A stretch of 64,000 nucleotides of DNA, taken from Cyanobacteriota bacterium. Its GTDB lineage: Bacteria; Cyanobacteriota; Cyanobacteriia; PCC-6307; Cyanobiaceae. Under the pieces are notes generated by a model. That model saw nothing but the letters and a program-made list of their open reading frames with translations, ran no database searches and was not told the DNA's origin. The DNA lies in contig JBJOMY010000001.1 in the NCBI GenBank assembly GCA_046052125.1, positions 192,001 through 256,000 on the forward strand. Reading direction: 5' to 3'. The position numbers were made by a program, and so were the translations under genes. Of this stretch, positions 29,247-38,547 are shown piece by piece (the stretch's first letter is position 1; every line of letters starts with the position of its first letter).

Positions 29247-31288
29247 CCGGCCAGCTCCAGCGGAGCTTCATTCTCCAGCGCCGCCTCCAGCTCCGGTGCT
29301 TCGGCGCTGGCATCGGGGTGGAAGTAGTCCCACACCGCCTGGGCCAGGGCAGGCCCCATGCCCGGAGCGGCCGCCAAGCTCTCCACGCTGGCCAGCTGGA
29401 TCGCATCGATCGAGCGGAAATGGGCCAGCAACTCCTTAATCCGCTTCGGCCCTAAACCGGCGATATCAGAAAGCCTGGAGCGCTTCATCCGCTCACCGCG
29501 CTGCTGGCGGTGGAAGCTCACCGCAAAGCGGTGGGCCTCATCCCGCAGCCGCCGCAGCAATTGCACCCCCAACTGCTCCGGTTCGCTCTCCAGCGGTTGC
29601 TTGGCACCGGGCACAAACACCTCCTCGCGCTGCTTGGCGAGGGAGCACACCACCAGCTCCTCATCAAGATTGAGCTCCCGCAGGGCCTCCATCACGGCGG
29701 AGAGCTGGCCCTTACCGCCGTCGATCATCACCACATCGGGCCAGTCGTTGAGCCCGCCGGTGTGGAGTGCGCTGCCGGCGGAACGGCGCAGTTCGCGCAG
29801 GTCCGCCCCTTCCGCCTTGGCCTGCGACCAGCGGCGAAACCGACGGCGCATGATCTCCGCCATCGCCATGAAGTCGTCGGAGTGACCGGAGCGGATCGAG
29901 CTGCTCTGGATCTTGTATTTGCGGTAGTGCTGCTTGGCCGGCAAGCCATCGATAAACACCACCTGGGAGGCCACCGCATCGCTGCCCTGGATGTGGCTGA
30001 TGTCGTACCCCTCAATTCGTCGCGGCGGCGTAGGCAGCTCCAGCAACTGGGCCAGGTCCTCCGTGGCCAGCAGGTTCTGCTCACTAGCCCGGCGGGCCCG
30101 CTCCAGCTCATAGCTGGCATTGCGCGTCACCAGCTCGATCAGATCCGCCTTCTGGGAGCGCTGCGGCACGGCGAGTTTCACCTTGCGGCCCCGCAGTTCG
30201 CTCAACCACTCTTCAATCAGCTGTTGCTGGGGCAATGGCACCTGCAGCAGCAGCTCCGGCGGAATCTCCACCGGCTCCACCTGGCTGTAGTGCTCCTCGA
30301 TCACCGTTTGCAGGATGCGGCCGAGGGCCTCTGCGCGCTGCGGCGATGGGGGCAGATCGCCGCCGGCCCCTTCCTCCTGGGCGGGCATGCCAATCGCATC
30401 GGCGGTGAAGCCAAGCCGACCCACCAACTTGCCGGCGCGCATCTGAAACAGCTGCACCGCCGCCACCCGTTCATCCGCCGCCAGGGCGAGCACGTCGCGG
30501 CTCACGGAGCTGTCGCCCAGGCTCATCTTTTGATCGGCCGTGAGCGTGTCGATCCCCTGCAGCTGATCGCGCACCCGGGCTGCACTCTCGAAATCAAGGC
30601 GCTCGGCGTAGCGCTCCATCTGCTCATGCAGCAGCTGCAGCAATTCGTCGTTGCGGCCCTGGAACACCATCGCCACCTGGCGCAGGGTCCGGTGGTAGTC
30701 GTCCGAGCTGATCTTTTCCTGGCAGACGCCCGGGCAGCGGCCGATGTCGTAGTTGAGGCAAGTGCGGTCCTTATGCAGCGGCAGAGGCCGCTGACGCAGC
30801 GGGAACACCCGCTTCACCAAACCGAGGGTGCGGCGCAGCAGGCCCACATCCACATAGGGCCCGTAGAACCGATCCAGAGGGGAACGAAACCGTCGACGCC
30901 GCGTGATGAAGATGCGCGGGTAGGCCTCACTCCAGGTGATGCAGAGATACGGATATTTCTTGTCGTCCTTCAACAGCACATTGAAATGCGGCTGGTGGTT
31001 TTTAATCAGGTTCGATTCCAGCGCCAGCGCTTCGGCTTCGCTGTCGGTGACGATGAACTCGATCTCACACACCTGCCGCACCATCAGGGCGATGCGGGGG
31101 GAGTGGCCGTGGCCGCTGCCGCTCTGGAAATAGCTGCGCACGCGGTTGCGCAGCACCTTGGCTTTGCCGATGTAGAGGATGCGGTCCTCGCCATCGCGCA
31201 TCAGATAACACCCCGGTTCAGCGGGCACCTCCTTCAGGCGTGCCCGCAACCGCTCCTTGTCCTGGAGAAGAGGCTGAGTGGTGCTCAA
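29243..31288 (-). CDS. uvrC: Excinuclease ABC subunit C
   Basis: GIY-YIG GCYLM...[31 protein letters not shown], HhH motifs. Confidence 0.98.
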   Translation of the reverse strand: MSTTQPLLQDKERLRARLKEVPAEPGCYLMRDGEDRILYIGKAKVLRNRVRSYFQSGSGHGHSPRIALMVRQVCEIEFIVTDSEAEALALESNLIKNHQPHFNVLLKDDKKYPYLCITWSEAYPRIFITRRRRFRSPLDRFYGPYVDVGLLRRTLGLVKRVFPLRQRPLPLHKDRTCLNYDIGRCPGVCQEKISSDDYHRTLRQVAMVFQGRNDELLQLLHEQMERYAERLDFESAARVRDQLQGIDTLTADQKMSLGDSSVSRDVLALAADERVAAVQLFQMRAGKLVGRLGFTADAIGMPAQEEGAGGDLPPSPQRAEALGRILQTVIEEHYSQVEPVEIPPELLLQVPLPQQQLIEEWLSELRGRKVKLAVPQRSQKADLIELVTRNASYELERARRASEQNLLATEDLAQLLELPTPPRRIEGYDISHIQGSDAVASQVVFIDGLPAKQHYRKYKIQSSSIRSGHSDDFMAMAEIMRRRFRRWSQAKAEGADLRELRRSAGSALHTGGLNDWPDVVMIDGGKGQLSAVMEALRELNLDEELVVCSLAKQREEVFVPGAKQPLESEPEQLGVQLLRRLRDEAHRFAVSFHRQQRGERMKRSRLSDIAGLGPKRIKELLAHFRSIDAIQLASVESLAAAPGMGPALAQAVWDYFHPDASAEAPELEAALENEAPLELAG

Positions 31289-31298
31289 GAGGCGCAGC

Positions 31299-31781
31299 TC
31301 AGCCGCCGTACTGCCAGCCGGTGCTGCTCAACTCGAGGGCGGCGCCATCGCGGTGCAGCACGGCGCTCTTCACCTCACCCACGAACACGGTGTGATCGCC
31401 ATGGGCCACCTGACCCACCAGTTCGCACTCCACTGCGCCCAGGGCATCGTTCAGCAGGGGCAGGCCCAGCTCACCCAGTTGATAGGGGGCCGCATCAAAG
31501 CGGCCACCGATGCCCTTCTGGGGCTTGAAGAACACCGCGGCGAGATCCTTCTGATCGGCCGCGAGCACGTTGAGGGAGAAGCGACCGGTGCGCTGGATCA
31601 TGCCGTTGCTGGTGCTGTCGGCGCGCACGGCCATCACCACCAGGGGGGGCTCAAAGGACCCCTGGGTCACCCAGCTGGCGGTGAAGCCATTCACCTCATC
31701 CCCCTCGGCCACACCGCAGATGAACACGCCGTGGGGAATCTTGCGCAGCAGCGTCTTCTTGGCGTCGGCATTGAGGGCCAT
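31299..31781 (-). CDS. Flavin reductase family protein
   Basis: [34 protein letters not shown]. Confidence 0.9.
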   Translation of the reverse strand: MALNADAKKTLLRKIPHGVFICGVAEGDEVNGFTASWVTQGSFEPPLVVMAVRADSTSNGMIQRTGRFSLNVLAADQKDLAAVFFKPQKGIGGRFDAAPYQLGELGLPLLNDALGAVECELVGQVAHGDHTVFVGEVKSAVLHRDGAALELSSTGWQYGG

Positions 31782-31866
31782 GGGCGGCAACGGGAGACTG
31801 GGAAAGGATCTCCACCAACTCTAGAAACGGCTGATCAACCGCCGTCTGATCCATAGGATCGGCCCC

Positions 31867-32352
31867 ATGCAGGCCCTCTATCCCGGCAGCTTCGATCCCC
31901 TCACCCTCGGCCACCTGGATGTGATCGAGCGGGGCTCAAACCTGTTCAACCAACTGGTGGTGGCGGTGCTGCGCAACCCCAGCAAAAACCCCTGCTTCAG
32001 CGTGGAGGAGCGCCTCGAGCAGATCCGCCGCGCCACTTGCCATCTGCCGAACGTGCAGGTGGCCGCCTTCGACGGCCTGACCGTGGATTTCGCCCAGGCC
32101 TGCGGCGCCGGCGTGATCTTGCGGGGTCTGCGCGCCCTCAGCGACTTCGAATACGAACTGCAGATCGCCCACACCAACAAAAGCCTGGCCCCGCAGCTGG
32201 AAACGTTGTTCCTCGCCACCGCCACCACCCACAGCTTTCTGAGCAGTTCGGTGGTGAAGGAGGTGGCGCGCTTCGGCGGCAACGTTGGTCACATGGTGCC
32301 CACAGGAGTGGCAGAAGACCTGGCCAGGCTTTTTAATCAGTCATCCCCTTGA
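31867..32352 (+). CDS. coaD: Phosphopantetheine adenylyltransferase
   Basis: [35 protein letters not shown]. Confidence 0.97.
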   Translation: MQALYPGSFDPLTLGHLDVIERGSNLFNQLVVAVLRNPSKNPCFSVEERLEQIRRATCHLPNVQVAAFDGLTVDFAQACGAGVILRGLRALSDFEYELQIAHTNKSLAPQLETLFLATATTHSFLSSSVVKEVARFGGNVGHMVPTGVAEDLARLFNQSSP

Positions 32353-32361
32353 TCCTCCGTG

Positions 32362-33300
32362 ATGGCTGAGGCGCAGCTCACTTCCGTGCTCGACCAGCTC
32401 GATCAACTGGAGGAGATCGTGTTGGACGGCACCCGCGTGCCCTTCAGCGGCGGTCGCCTGGTGAATGAACAGGATGCGATCGAGTTGATGGATGCGGTGC
32501 GTGAGGCACTGCCACCGCAGCTGGCCCAAGCCGAAGAGCTGGTGGCCAAGCGGGACGACTTCATCAACCAGGCCCGCCAACAGGCCGAAGAACTCCTGAA
32601 TCAAGCCCGCCAACAGCGGGAGCAACTGATCAACAGCCAGAGCATCCGCCAGGAAGCGGAACGCCAGGGCGCTGAGCTGCGTGAGCAGGGCCGCCAACAG
32701 GGTGAACAGATGCTCGCCCAGGCCCGGCAGCAACTGGCCAAGACCGAGCAGGAGCACCAAGGGCGCCTGGCTCAAATGGAGCAGCAATACAGCCAGCGCC
32801 GCCAACAGCTGGAACAGGAGGCGCTGCAACGCCGCCAACAGCTCGATCAGGAAGCGCTTGAACTCAAGCGTCAACTGGGCGAACAACACGAGCAGCTGCG
32901 CCAGCAGAGCCTGGCCGAGCTGGAGAAGATCCGCCAGGAGGCCCTGCGCCTGCAGCAGAGCAGCCAGGCCGAAGCGGAGCGTCTGCAGGCCGATGCGCTG
33001 CAGTTCCGCCAACAAACCCAACAGCAGTGCGAGGCTTTGATCAGCCGCACCCGCCAGGAAGCCGCCACGATCCAGGAGGGTGCCAACCGCTACGCCGAGC
33101 AGGTGCTCAGCGAGCTGGAGGGCCGCCTCAAGGAGATGGGACAGGTGGTGGTGGCCGGCCGCCGCGAGCTGGTGCGGCTGCAGGCGGTGGATCCCACAAC
33201 CCTGGTGCAGCAGGGCCGCTCAGCAGAAGAGCAGGCCGTGCCGATCAGCCGTGCCCGGCGCGCCGCCGAGCGGCTCAAGCGCGCCGCCGGCCAGGGCTAA
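32362..33300 (+). CDS. DivIVA-like coiled-coil protein (Cdv3 homologue)
   Basis: LDQLEEIVLDG-x-RVPFSG, long Q/E-rich coiled coil, GANRYAEQVL; position downstream of coaD as for cyanobacterial cdv3. Confidence 0.8.
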   Translation: MAEAQLTSVLDQLDQLEEIVLDGTRVPFSGGRLVNEQDAIELMDAVREALPPQLAQAEELVAKRDDFINQARQQAEELLNQARQQREQLINSQSIRQEAERQGAELREQGRQQGEQMLAQARQQLAKTEQEHQGRLAQMEQQYSQRRQQLEQEALQRRQQLDQEALELKRQLGEQHEQLRQQSLAELEKIRQEALRLQQSSQAEAERLQADALQFRQQTQQQCEALISRTRQEAATIQEGANRYAEQVLSELEGRLKEMGQVVVAGRRELVRLQAVDPTTLVQQGRSAEEQAVPISRARRAAERLKRAAGQG

Positions 33301-34574
33301 AGCGCTGGGCAGAGTCCGGCCACCCGGCTCTGCCGCAGGATCTCCCCGATCGTGCTGTTCGGGGAGCCAGCCCCGTTCGACACCATGCTCAGGTAGCGGA
33401 CCCCATCGGGGGTTTCGAGCACGCCACTGATCGAGCGCACACCGCTGATCGTGCCCGTTTTGCCGCGGAAGCGGCCATCCAGCTCCGTACCCCGCCAGAG
33501 GCTGCGCAGAGTGCCCCGCTGTCCGGCGATCGCCATCGAGGCCATGTAGTCGTTGGCGTAGGGGTGCTCAGCCATCCGCAGCAACAGTCCCGCAAGCAGG
33601 CGACTGGTCACGCGATTGCTGCGATCCAGGCCGCTGCCGTCCACCACATTCACGCCGGCCATCGGCAGCCCTTGTGCGGAGAGCCACTGCATGGCTCGCT
33701 GGCGGGCCTGGCTGAGCTCCCAGCTGCCGGTTCCCTGGCGCAGGAGCACTTCAGCGGTGAAGTTGTGGCTGTCAGTGTTGGCCAGGCTGAGCAGGCCATG
33801 CATGCCCACCGAACGCTCTTCATGGAGCAGCGTGGCGGTATCGGTGTTGGCGGCCGTTACCGGCACCAGGCGAATGGCAGCACTACCCCCCTGGCGCTTG
33901 ATTTCCTGGCCGAGCAGGGTTTGCATCCGCGCCGGCGGATTGCTCACCGCCATGTCGAGCGCATTGCTGGTGAGCGCCAGGCGGGTGATCGGAGCGCCAT
34001 AGGCCTCGGCCCGATCGGTCCAGTGCCAGCCCTGGGGCCACCAGCGCTGCTGTGGCTCCTCCAGCAGCTGGATGCTCACGGAGCCTCCGGGCTCACCACT
34101 GCTCCCTCCGGAGCCCAGGGCGAGCTTGGCGAAGCGCTTCAGCTGCGCGAGATCAAAATCCGGATCACCCTCTCCGGTGATCTGCAGGGTGCCATCGGGC
34201 TGGCGCCAGAGCCGCGTCGTCAGCCTGTAGTCGGGGCCGAGCCGATCGAGGGCGATGGCCGTGCTGATCAGCTTTTGGTTGGAGGCAGGAATGCGCGGGC
34301 GGGTGCCGTTGATGTCGGCCAATAGACGGCCATTGGCATCCGCCACCGACACGCTCCAAACCGCCTCTTCAGCGCCGACGGCCGCACGAACCCGCTGTTG
34401 CAGAGCCGGGCAGCTCACCTGCTGCTGCAACTGAGGCAGACCAACCGGCGGCGGTGTCGCCGGCAACGAACTGGCTGCCACGGTGGGCACCTCTGGCCCC
34501 AGCTCCAGGGCCTGGAGCGGCAGGCTGAGGCTCAGGGGCAGCGCCGCAGCTGCCAGCAACAGGCGTTTCGCCAT
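33297..34574 (-). CDS. dacB: D-Ala-D-Ala carboxypeptidase/endopeptidase (PBP4, S13)
   Basis: PASNQK (SxxK), GEGDP, SHN (SxN), DGSGL, KTG. Confidence 0.93.
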   Translation of the reverse strand: MAKRLLLAAAALPLSLSLPLQALELGPEVPTVAASSLPATPPPVGLPQLQQQVSCPALQQRVRAAVGAEEAVWSVSVADANGRLLADINGTRPRIPASNQKLISTAIALDRLGPDYRLTTRLWRQPDGTLQITGEGDPDFDLAQLKRFAKLALGSGGSSGEPGGSVSIQLLEEPQQRWWPQGWHWTDRAEAYGAPITRLALTSNALDMAVSNPPARMQTLLGQEIKRQGGSAAIRLVPVTAANTDTATLLHEERSVGMHGLLSLANTDSHNFTAEVLLRQGTGSWELSQARQRAMQWLSAQGLPMAGVNVVDGSGLDRSNRVTSRLLAGLLLRMAEHPYANDYMASMAIAGQRGTLRSLWRGTELDGRFRGKTGTISGVRSISGVLETPDGVRYLSMVSNGAGSPNSTIGEILRQSRVAGLCPAL

Positions 34575-34575
34575 C

Positions 34576-35091
34576 TCAGGAGCGACCCACCTGCAGGCCG
34601 GTCACCGAGCCGATCACCCGGAAGTTGCTGCCTTCCAGTTCCACAGGGGCCCCGATCTTGAGGTTCTGGTTGCCAAACACCACGCCGTCGGCACCCTTGC
34701 GGCCCTCGCCCTGGAGCACGAAGCGGGCATCCAGGGTGGGGAAGGTGCTCTGGTTGGGATCAGGGGCGCTCACCACCTTGCCGTCGGGCAATACAGCCGA
34801 GAGGCGGCGCTGCAGCGGAATCACCTGATTCACCGCCACGCTGCCGTGGGGTTGATTGCGAATCACGATGGCCACCTTGCCCGCCTCACGGGCGGCATTG
34901 ATCACGCTGTCCGCATTGGCCACAGCGATGCCGCGCACGTCCACCATCACCGTGACGGGCACAAGGCCGCCGGTGGCCCGAGCGACTGCTCCGCTCAACT
35001 TGGGACTCCAGATCACCCCCGCGGCCGCCAGTAGCACCGCCGCAGCGGCTCCCGCATCCACCAGCGAGAAACGACGGGAGGATTCAGCCAT
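34576..35091 (-). CDS. DUF4330-like membrane-anchored protein
   Basis: SLVD plus TM helix, IRNQPHG, GNQNLKIGAPVELEG. Confidence 0.75.
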   Translation of the reverse strand: MAESSRRFSLVDAGAAAAVLLAAAGVIWSPKLSGAVARATGGLVPVTVMVDVRGIAVANADSVINAAREAGKVAIVIRNQPHGSVAVNQVIPLQRRLSAVLPDGKVVSAPDPNQSTFPTLDARFVLQGEGRKGADGVVFGNQNLKIGAPVELEGSNFRVIGSVTGLQVGRS

Positions 35092-35142
35092 GGAGCAACA
35101 GCAGACACCGAACTGTAAGGAGCGTGTTCGGTGCAGACAAGC

Positions 35143-35778
35143 TCAGGCGGCCGCCTCTTCCAGGGCCTCCAACTGCTGCTCCCGATCGGGCCGGCTCTCA
35201 AAGCTGCAGATGTTGCGATAGCCATCGGGATCGCGCCGATAGAACTGCCAGTCCTCGGGGAACACCCGGCGCAACGCGCCTTCGGCGGTGGGGATCAAGC
35301 CGTAGGCGGCCTGCCACTCCGCCAGGAAGCCCTTGCGCCGTTCACGGGCCACGGTGCCGATGCCGATGGCGGCGTCTTCGAGGCGGCCGTTGATCATCAC
35401 CAGCGGGCCGCGGTGCTGGGCGCAGAGGTTTTCCACCTCTTCGTAATCGGCTGGTGTGGGAGCGGCGAGCAAAACAAGCCCGTCGCTGCCGCCATCGGCC
35501 TGCTGCAGCCGCAACAGATCACCAAGCCCGAGCAACTGGGCTGCCTGCTCGGGAGCATCGCGCTTGGCAAGTGCGGTGGCACCGGCATCCGGGAACAACA
35601 GCCGCGCCTCGGGCCGCTGCGGCGTGAGCGCGGCCAGCAGCCGCAGGGCCACCGGCAGGATGCGCAGCCCCTCAAAGCGAAACTCCACAGTCCAAAGACC
35701 CTTGGCCTGGCTGACCAGGGCCGCCTGCACGGCTGCGAGGGCCTCAGTTTCGGCGCTGCGCAGGTCGGCGGGGAGCAT
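35143..35778 (-). CDS. DUF1995-like protein
   Basis: FPDAGATALAKRD, NGRLED, GIGTVARERR, GALRRVFP. Confidence 0.8.
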   Translation of the reverse strand: MLPADLRSAETEALAAVQAALVSQAKGLWTVEFRFEGLRILPVALRLLAALTPQRPEARLLFPDAGATALAKRDAPEQAAQLLGLGDLLRLQQADGGSDGLVLLAAPTPADYEEVENLCAQHRGPLVMINGRLEDAAIGIGTVARERRKGFLAEWQAAYGLIPTAEGALRRVFPEDWQFYRRDPDGYRNICSFESRPDREQQLEALEEAAA

Positions 35779-35802
35779 CGGTGAGGGGCGAATCGGGCGA
35801 CC

Positions 35803-36996
35803 TTAAAGCGCTGCACGGGCCCGTTCGAGGGCGGGGGGCAGTTGCTCGAGCAGCTCGCTGCTGTGCCAGGGGCCAAGACTGACGCGCAAGCCGGCGCCGG
35901 CAGGCCCGTTGGCGTAGCCCATTGCTGTGAGCACGGGGCTGGCTCCGGCCAGGCCGCTGCTGCAGGCCGAGCCCGAACTGCAGGCGAAGCCCTCACGCCA
36001 GAGCGCTTGTACCAGGCGCCTCCCCTGCACCCAGGCACCATTGCGGTCCTGCACCACCACACTGAGGTGATGCGGCAGCCGCTGGGGATGGCTGGGCTCG
36101 CTGGGATCCGGGCCGCTGAGCTCCACACCCGGCAAGACCAGAACTCGGTGCAGCAAGGCATCCCGCAGCGGTGCCACGGGATCGCGGCCGCCGTGTGCCG
36201 CCAACCGCTGCGTGCAGAGCTGCAACGCCGCTTCAAAACCGGCCACCAATGCCACCGGTTCAGTACCGGAGCGCATCCCGCCTTCCTGGCCGCCGCCACC
36301 GATGCAGGGCTGCACCTCCACACCGTTGCGGATCACCAGGGCGCCTACCCCGCGGGGACCCTGGATCTTGTGGGCCGCCAGGCTGAGAAGATCCACCGGC
36401 AACTGGGCCAGGGCAACCGGCTGATGGCCGATCACCTGCACCGCATCCACATGCAGCAGCACCCCGGCCTGGCGGCAAAGATTTCCAATCGCCTCCAGGG
36501 GCTGAATCGTGCCCACCTCGCTCTGGCCCCACACCAGCGACACGAACCGGGTGGGAGGCACCAGCCAATGCTCGAGCGCCTGCAGATCCACAGCGCCAAC
36601 GCGATCCACTGGCAGCTCCTGCACTTGCCATCCGCGGCGTTGCAACGCCTCAGCCGCCGCACGGGTGGCCGGGTGCTCCACCGCTGAGATCAACAGCCTG
36701 GGGGCTTCGGCTCCAGCGGCCTGCTCCAGCGGAGCAGCCGCACCCAGCAGCGCCAGATGAATCGATTCACTGCCGCCCGACGTAAACACCAACTGCTCTG
36801 CCTCGATGCCAAGCAACGAGGCGATCCCCTGCCTGGAGCGCTCGAGCTGCTCAGCTGCTGCCAAGCCAAAGCCGTGGAGGCTGGAAGGATTCGCCCAGGC
36901 TTCCACCTGAGCCGCCGCCATCGCCGCAGCCACCTCGGGCGCCAACGGTGTGGTGGCGCAGCAATCGAGGTAGCGGCTCTGCGGCAGCGAGGCCAT
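35803..36996 (-). CDS. iscS: Cysteine desulfurase (IscS/NifS family)
   Basis: YLD-x2-ATTP, NPSSLH, FTSGGSES, HVDAVQ, AHKIQGPRG, catalytic SSGSACSS. Confidence 0.9.
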   Translation of the reverse strand: MASLPQSRYLDCCATTPLAPEVAAAMAAAQVEAWANPSSLHGFGLAAAEQLERSRQGIASLLGIEAEQLVFTSGGSESIHLALLGAAAPLEQAAGAEAPRLLISAVEHPATRAAAEALQRRGWQVQELPVDRVGAVDLQALEHWLVPPTRFVSLVWGQSEVGTIQPLEAIGNLCRQAGVLLHVDAVQVIGHQPVALAQLPVDLLSLAAHKIQGPRGVGALVIRNGVEVQPCIGGGGQEGGMRSGTEPVALVAGFEAALQLCTQRLAAHGGRDPVAPLRDALLHRVLVLPGVELSGPDPSEPSHPQRLPHHLSVVVQDRNGAWVQGRRLVQALWREGFACSSGSACSSGLAGASPVLTAMGYANGPAGAGLRVSLGPWHSSELLEQLPPALERARAAL

Positions 36997-37001
36997 GGCG
37001 A

Positions 37002-38222
37002 TCAGCCGCCGAGGCCGCTATCCCGCTCGAAGCGCGCGCGGGTGCGGGATTCAAGGGTGTTGGTGGCCAGGGTCACCAGATCATCGAGGGAGCTGCCGCT
37101 CAACAGAGCCGCCACCCGAGCCCGCGCTTCTGCACTCGGGCAGTTGTCGGGGCGAATGCAGCCGTTGGTGCACACGCTGGCGCAATCGATCTCAGGAGCT
37201 GCGGCAACGGCGGGCGCGGCTGCAGGCGCCGCTGCCGGAACTGCGGTCGGCGCGGTCGCGCTGGCTGGGGCGCTTCCAAACGCGTCCGACCCTTCAGCCG
37301 CCAGGCGGCGTGCCTCGGCCACAGCGCGCGGATCGGGAATCAACGCATCGAACACGTGCTCGGCCGGTCCGTCCATAAACACCTTGCCGCTCTCGGCGTC
37401 CCAATGGATCTGCAGCGGACCACCCGGCAGATCCACCCGAGCCCGGCGATCGCAGAGGCCCAGGCTGTGGCTGGCCACCAGCGTGGCGCAGGCGCCCGTG
37501 CCGCAGGCCAGGGTGGGGCCAGCGCCCCGCTCCCACACGCGCATCACCAGGTGATCGGGGGCCAGCACCTCCACGAAATGCACGTTTGTCTTGGCGGGGA
37601 AGGCGGGATGCAGCTCGAACTGGCTGCCAAAGCGATCCAGATCGATCTCTTCCACCGCAGGCACCGGGATCACCACATGGGGGTTGCCCATGCCGGCGGC
37701 CGCCACGGCAAAGCGCTCTCCATCCACCTCCAATTCACCCTGGGGCAGGCCCGCTTCTCCCACCGGCAGGGTGGTGGGCACCTGCTCGCTCTGCAGGAAG
37801 GGAGCGCCCATGTCCACGCGGATCGTGCCATCGGGCAGCAGCTCCGGCACGATCCGGCCCGCCAGGGTGTCGATCTGCCAGGTGCGGCCGGGGCCATCGC
37901 CATCGCGGTCCGCCAGGAAGCGGGCCAGGCAACGGATGCCGTTGCCGCACATTTCCGGCTCGCTGCCATCGGCGTTGAAGATGCGCATCCGCAGCTCGCC
38001 ACCGTTGTTGGGGGGCAGGGCGAGGATCACGCCATCGCCACCCACACCGAAGCGCCGGTCGCACAGCTCCACCACCAACTCGGGCGTCAGACCGAAGACA
38101 AACTCCGAATCAGCGGCACCACGGCCATCGAGCATCAGGAAGTCGTTGCCCAACCCCTGGTATTTGCTGAAGCTCAGCTCAGCGGCCAGGGTGCTGAACA
38201 GGCTCTTGCTGGGGGTCGACAC
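37002..38222 (-). CDS. dapF: Diaminopimelate epimerase with C-terminal extension
   Basis: FSKYQGLGNDF, NADGSEPEMCGNG, MGNPH, ERGAGPTLACGTGACA. Confidence 0.96.
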   Translation of the reverse strand: MSTPSKSLFSTLAAELSFSKYQGLGNDFLMLDGRGAADSEFVFGLTPELVVELCDRRFGVGGDGVILALPPNNGGELRMRIFNADGSEPEMCGNGIRCLARFLADRDGDGPGRTWQIDTLAGRIVPELLPDGTIRVDMGAPFLQSEQVPTTLPVGEAGLPQGELEVDGERFAVAAAGMGNPHVVIPVPAVEEIDLDRFGSQFELHPAFPAKTNVHFVEVLAPDHLVMRVWERGAGPTLACGTGACATLVASHSLGLCDRRARVDLPGGPLQIHWDAESGKVFMDGPAEHVFDALIPDPRAVAEARRLAAEGSDAFGSAPASATAPTAVPAAAPAAAPAVAAAPEIDCASVCTNGCIRPDNCPSAEARARVAALLSGSSLDDLVTLATNTLESRTRARFERDSGLGG

Positions 38223-38266
38223 GCGCGGCAGCCTGCCTGTGCAGGCATGAGGTTGAGGCCGATCCT

Positions 38267-38506
38267 ATGGGGAGCAGCACGGACAACAGAGCCCCCCAGT
38301 TCGACACCTCCCAGCCGGGAATCCGGCAGTTCCAGAGCTGGATCCGGGAGCGCACCCCCCTGGCGATCCAGCTGCTGGATGGCTCCGGTGTGAATGGTGT
38401 GCCCCGCTGGGTGGATGCGGAGTACCTGGGGCTCGAGCCGGCCAATGGCGGCGAGCTGATCCTGGTGGCCCGTCAGGCCATGGCCCTGATCCGCCCCTTG
38501 CTGTAG
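38267..38506 (+). CDS. hfq: Cyanobacterial Hfq-like Sm protein
   Basis: [16 protein letters not shown]...LLDG...G..RWVD...LI-x2-RQAMALIRP; located between dapF and leuS. Confidence 0.8.
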   Translation: MGSSTDNRAPQFDTSQPGIRQFQSWIRERTPLAIQLLDGSGVNGVPRWVDAEYLGLEPANGGELILVARQAMALIRPLL

Positions 38507-38547
38507 CTGGGCTGTGGGAGCATCGGCCCATCGCAATCCAGCCGTCC

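Noticed and set aside
29510..31528. 672 aa ORF antisense to uvrC
   Set aside because: Shadow ORF expected from high GC3 codon bias; no recognisable motifs
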